DNA of 63,503 nucleotides, counting the filler, from Octopus bimaculoides (taxonomy: Eukaryota), in assembly GCF_001194135.2 (NCBI RefSeq). It is 7 parts of 7 records of this genome, joined end to end, with 100 filler letters (N's around TTAATTAATTAA, not from the genome) between each part and the next. Parts side by side here need not be neighbours in the genome. Positions count along the whole stretch, not along the records: positions 61,592 to 63,503 come from NC_069002.1; 6 more parts are not named here. The stretch is one strand, 5' to 3'. The notes beneath the pieces were generated by a model, which was not told the origin of the DNA, searched no databases, and saw only the letters and a list, made by a program, of their open reading frames with translations. The position numbers were made by a program, and so were the translations under genes. Below, in pieces: positions 61,915-63,503 of this stretch (the first letter of the stretch is position 1; the number at the start of each line of letters is the position of its first letter).

Positions 61915-63165
61915 AGACAGGCGGGAAAGTTGGATTACTTGCGTAGACAGAGATTGATCCTGAAGTCGAAATTAAACGTACGGAATAAGATTGAAGCTAT
62001 CAACACCTGGTCGATTTCACTACTTAGATGTGAAGCTAGGGTAATCGCAAGGACAATAAACGAACTAAACAGCTTAGACAGAAAGACAAGGACGTTGCTG
62101 ACTATATATGGGCTACTTCACCCAAAAAGTGAAATAGACAGGCTGTATGAACCAAGAAAAATATCGGGAAGTGGACTGGTTGGATTAGAACACAGCATTA
62201 GAGCAGAAGAAAACAACATAGCATGTAATGTAAACATGCCATAGAACCACTATTATTTGAAGTAAGAAGGTCAGGATTGTGTAGAATGCAAGATTGCAAA
62301 GATGAGGCACGGTAGAAACACTTGAGAATTAGTGAAACTGAAATTAGGGGGACAATTTTACAGGGATGTTGAAGATATGACAAACAGAGAAACAAGATGG
62401 CTATGGATGACTAAAAGTGATTGAAAACCTGAGAAGGAGGCTCTAATCTATGCTGCCCATGTATAAGCATTAAGAACCAATTACATCAAATACAGAACAG
62501 ACAACACAACAGAAAGTGATAAGTGCAGAATTTGTGGACAAAATGGTGAAACCATGTGGCATATTACCAGTCAATGTACGCCACTAGACCAGAAAGACTA
62601 TAAGAGACGTCATGACAATATAGCAAGTATTGTCCATTGAACACTTTGCAAGAAGTATAGACTTGACAAAGCAAAAACGTGGTACGAACATAAACCCAAA
62701 AGCATCATCAAAAATGATAATGCAAATATCCTATGGGATTTTATGATTCAGTGCAATCATGAGATAGAGAATAGGTAACTAGACATAGCGTTAATTGAGA
62801 AAGAAAACAAACTATGCTGAATCATAGATAACGCATGCCCAGCTGACAACAAAGTATGCGATAAGGAAGAAAGCAAAGTCGACAGATATGACAGGTTAGT
62901 TTAGGAAGTTAAGAAGTTGTGGTCAAAGAAAAATGTGGTAGTAATACCAACACTTGTCGGAACCCCGAGAATAGTGAATAAAAATCTTGAGAAGTACATG
63001 GAACAAATAGGGGCTGCTCTAACGGTAGAGCACTTGCAGAAAATAGCACTGCTTGGAACCTTTCAAATACTATGGATGATGCTGGAAAAATAGGTGTTAC
63101 CTTAGTCACTGGTAGTGAACAGCTGGCACAGTAGTACATCTCAACCATTAAAAGTTGTGCAAAAA
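61915..63165 (+). mobile_element. 5'-truncated R4/Dong-type non-LTR element (post-RT domain, CCHC knuckle, restriction-like endonuclease), decayed
   Basis: LILKSKLNVRNKIEAINTW..LDRKTRTLL..LHPKSEIDRLY, SDKCRICGQNGETMWHITSQC, YKRRHDNIA, ILWDFMIQC, IIDNACPAD. 3' UTR is followed by (TAA)n. Confidence 0.9.
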
Positions 63166-63220
63166 CAACAACAACAGTAATAATAATAAAAATGATGATG
63201 ATAATAATAAGGATAATAAA

Positions 63221-63261
<41 letters not shown>

Positions 63262-63282
63262 GAATAATAATAATAATAATAA

Positions 63283-63503
63283 TGATAAACCGAAGAACTG
63301 AAAACCACAGATCTTAGAATGGACCACAGATTATATCTCCCAAAAATCAAAATAGACAATAAAACAACATCAATAATAAATAGCATAAACCTGGCCGTCA
63401 CGGAACTAACAACCACAGAAACAACAGGCAATATCACTGAGTTAAATGACATAATATATGCGGCAGCCACTGCAGCCACAAAAGAAGCAGGATACTCACT
63501 CAA
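63283..63503 (+). mobile_element. Start of a third R4/Dong-type insertion after (TAA)n
   Basis: RLYLPKIKI..IINSIN..ITELNDIIYAAATAA..GY resembles the pre-RT region of R4/Dong ORFs. Runs off the window. Confidence 0.6.

Overview
AT-rich, microsatellite-saturated eukaryotic genomic scaffold with many N gaps. The SINE families and repeat landscape suggest a cephalopod, probably Octopus (inference from recall, not a database hit). I can support two protein-coding genes, arranged head-to-head about 35 kb apart. (1) On the minus strand, a 2.2-kb exon (ATG at 3248) encodes a signal peptide, an RVKR furin site and 31 tandem 9-aa units (consensus N-x-x-x-EPE-RR/RK/KR), 25 of which end in a dibasic pair. 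It ends at a GTAAGT donor, so the gene probably continues left of the window. (2) On the plus strand, a complete two-exon nodal gene (38590-38932 + 41541-42463, phase-1 intron, 421 aa) has an unusually long polybasic stretch in front of the cystine knot. The rest is transposon debris: three tRNA-headed SINE families, hAT/pogo/Tigger/mariner MITEs, a DD37D (maT) and a DD41D (rosa) Tc1/mariner with TIRs and TA duplications, and fragments of CR1, RTE, Gypsy, Penelope-like (PLE) and R4/Dong elements. The least obvious signal is a set of at least six type I hammerhead-ribozyme motifs (17730, 44877, 45046, 49705, 51785, 60517, plus degenerate ones). Several lie next to PLE fragments, two sit divergently inside a 310-bp palindrome, and stem sequences differ between copies while remaining paired. 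No CRISPR, rRNA or bona fide tRNA gene was found.
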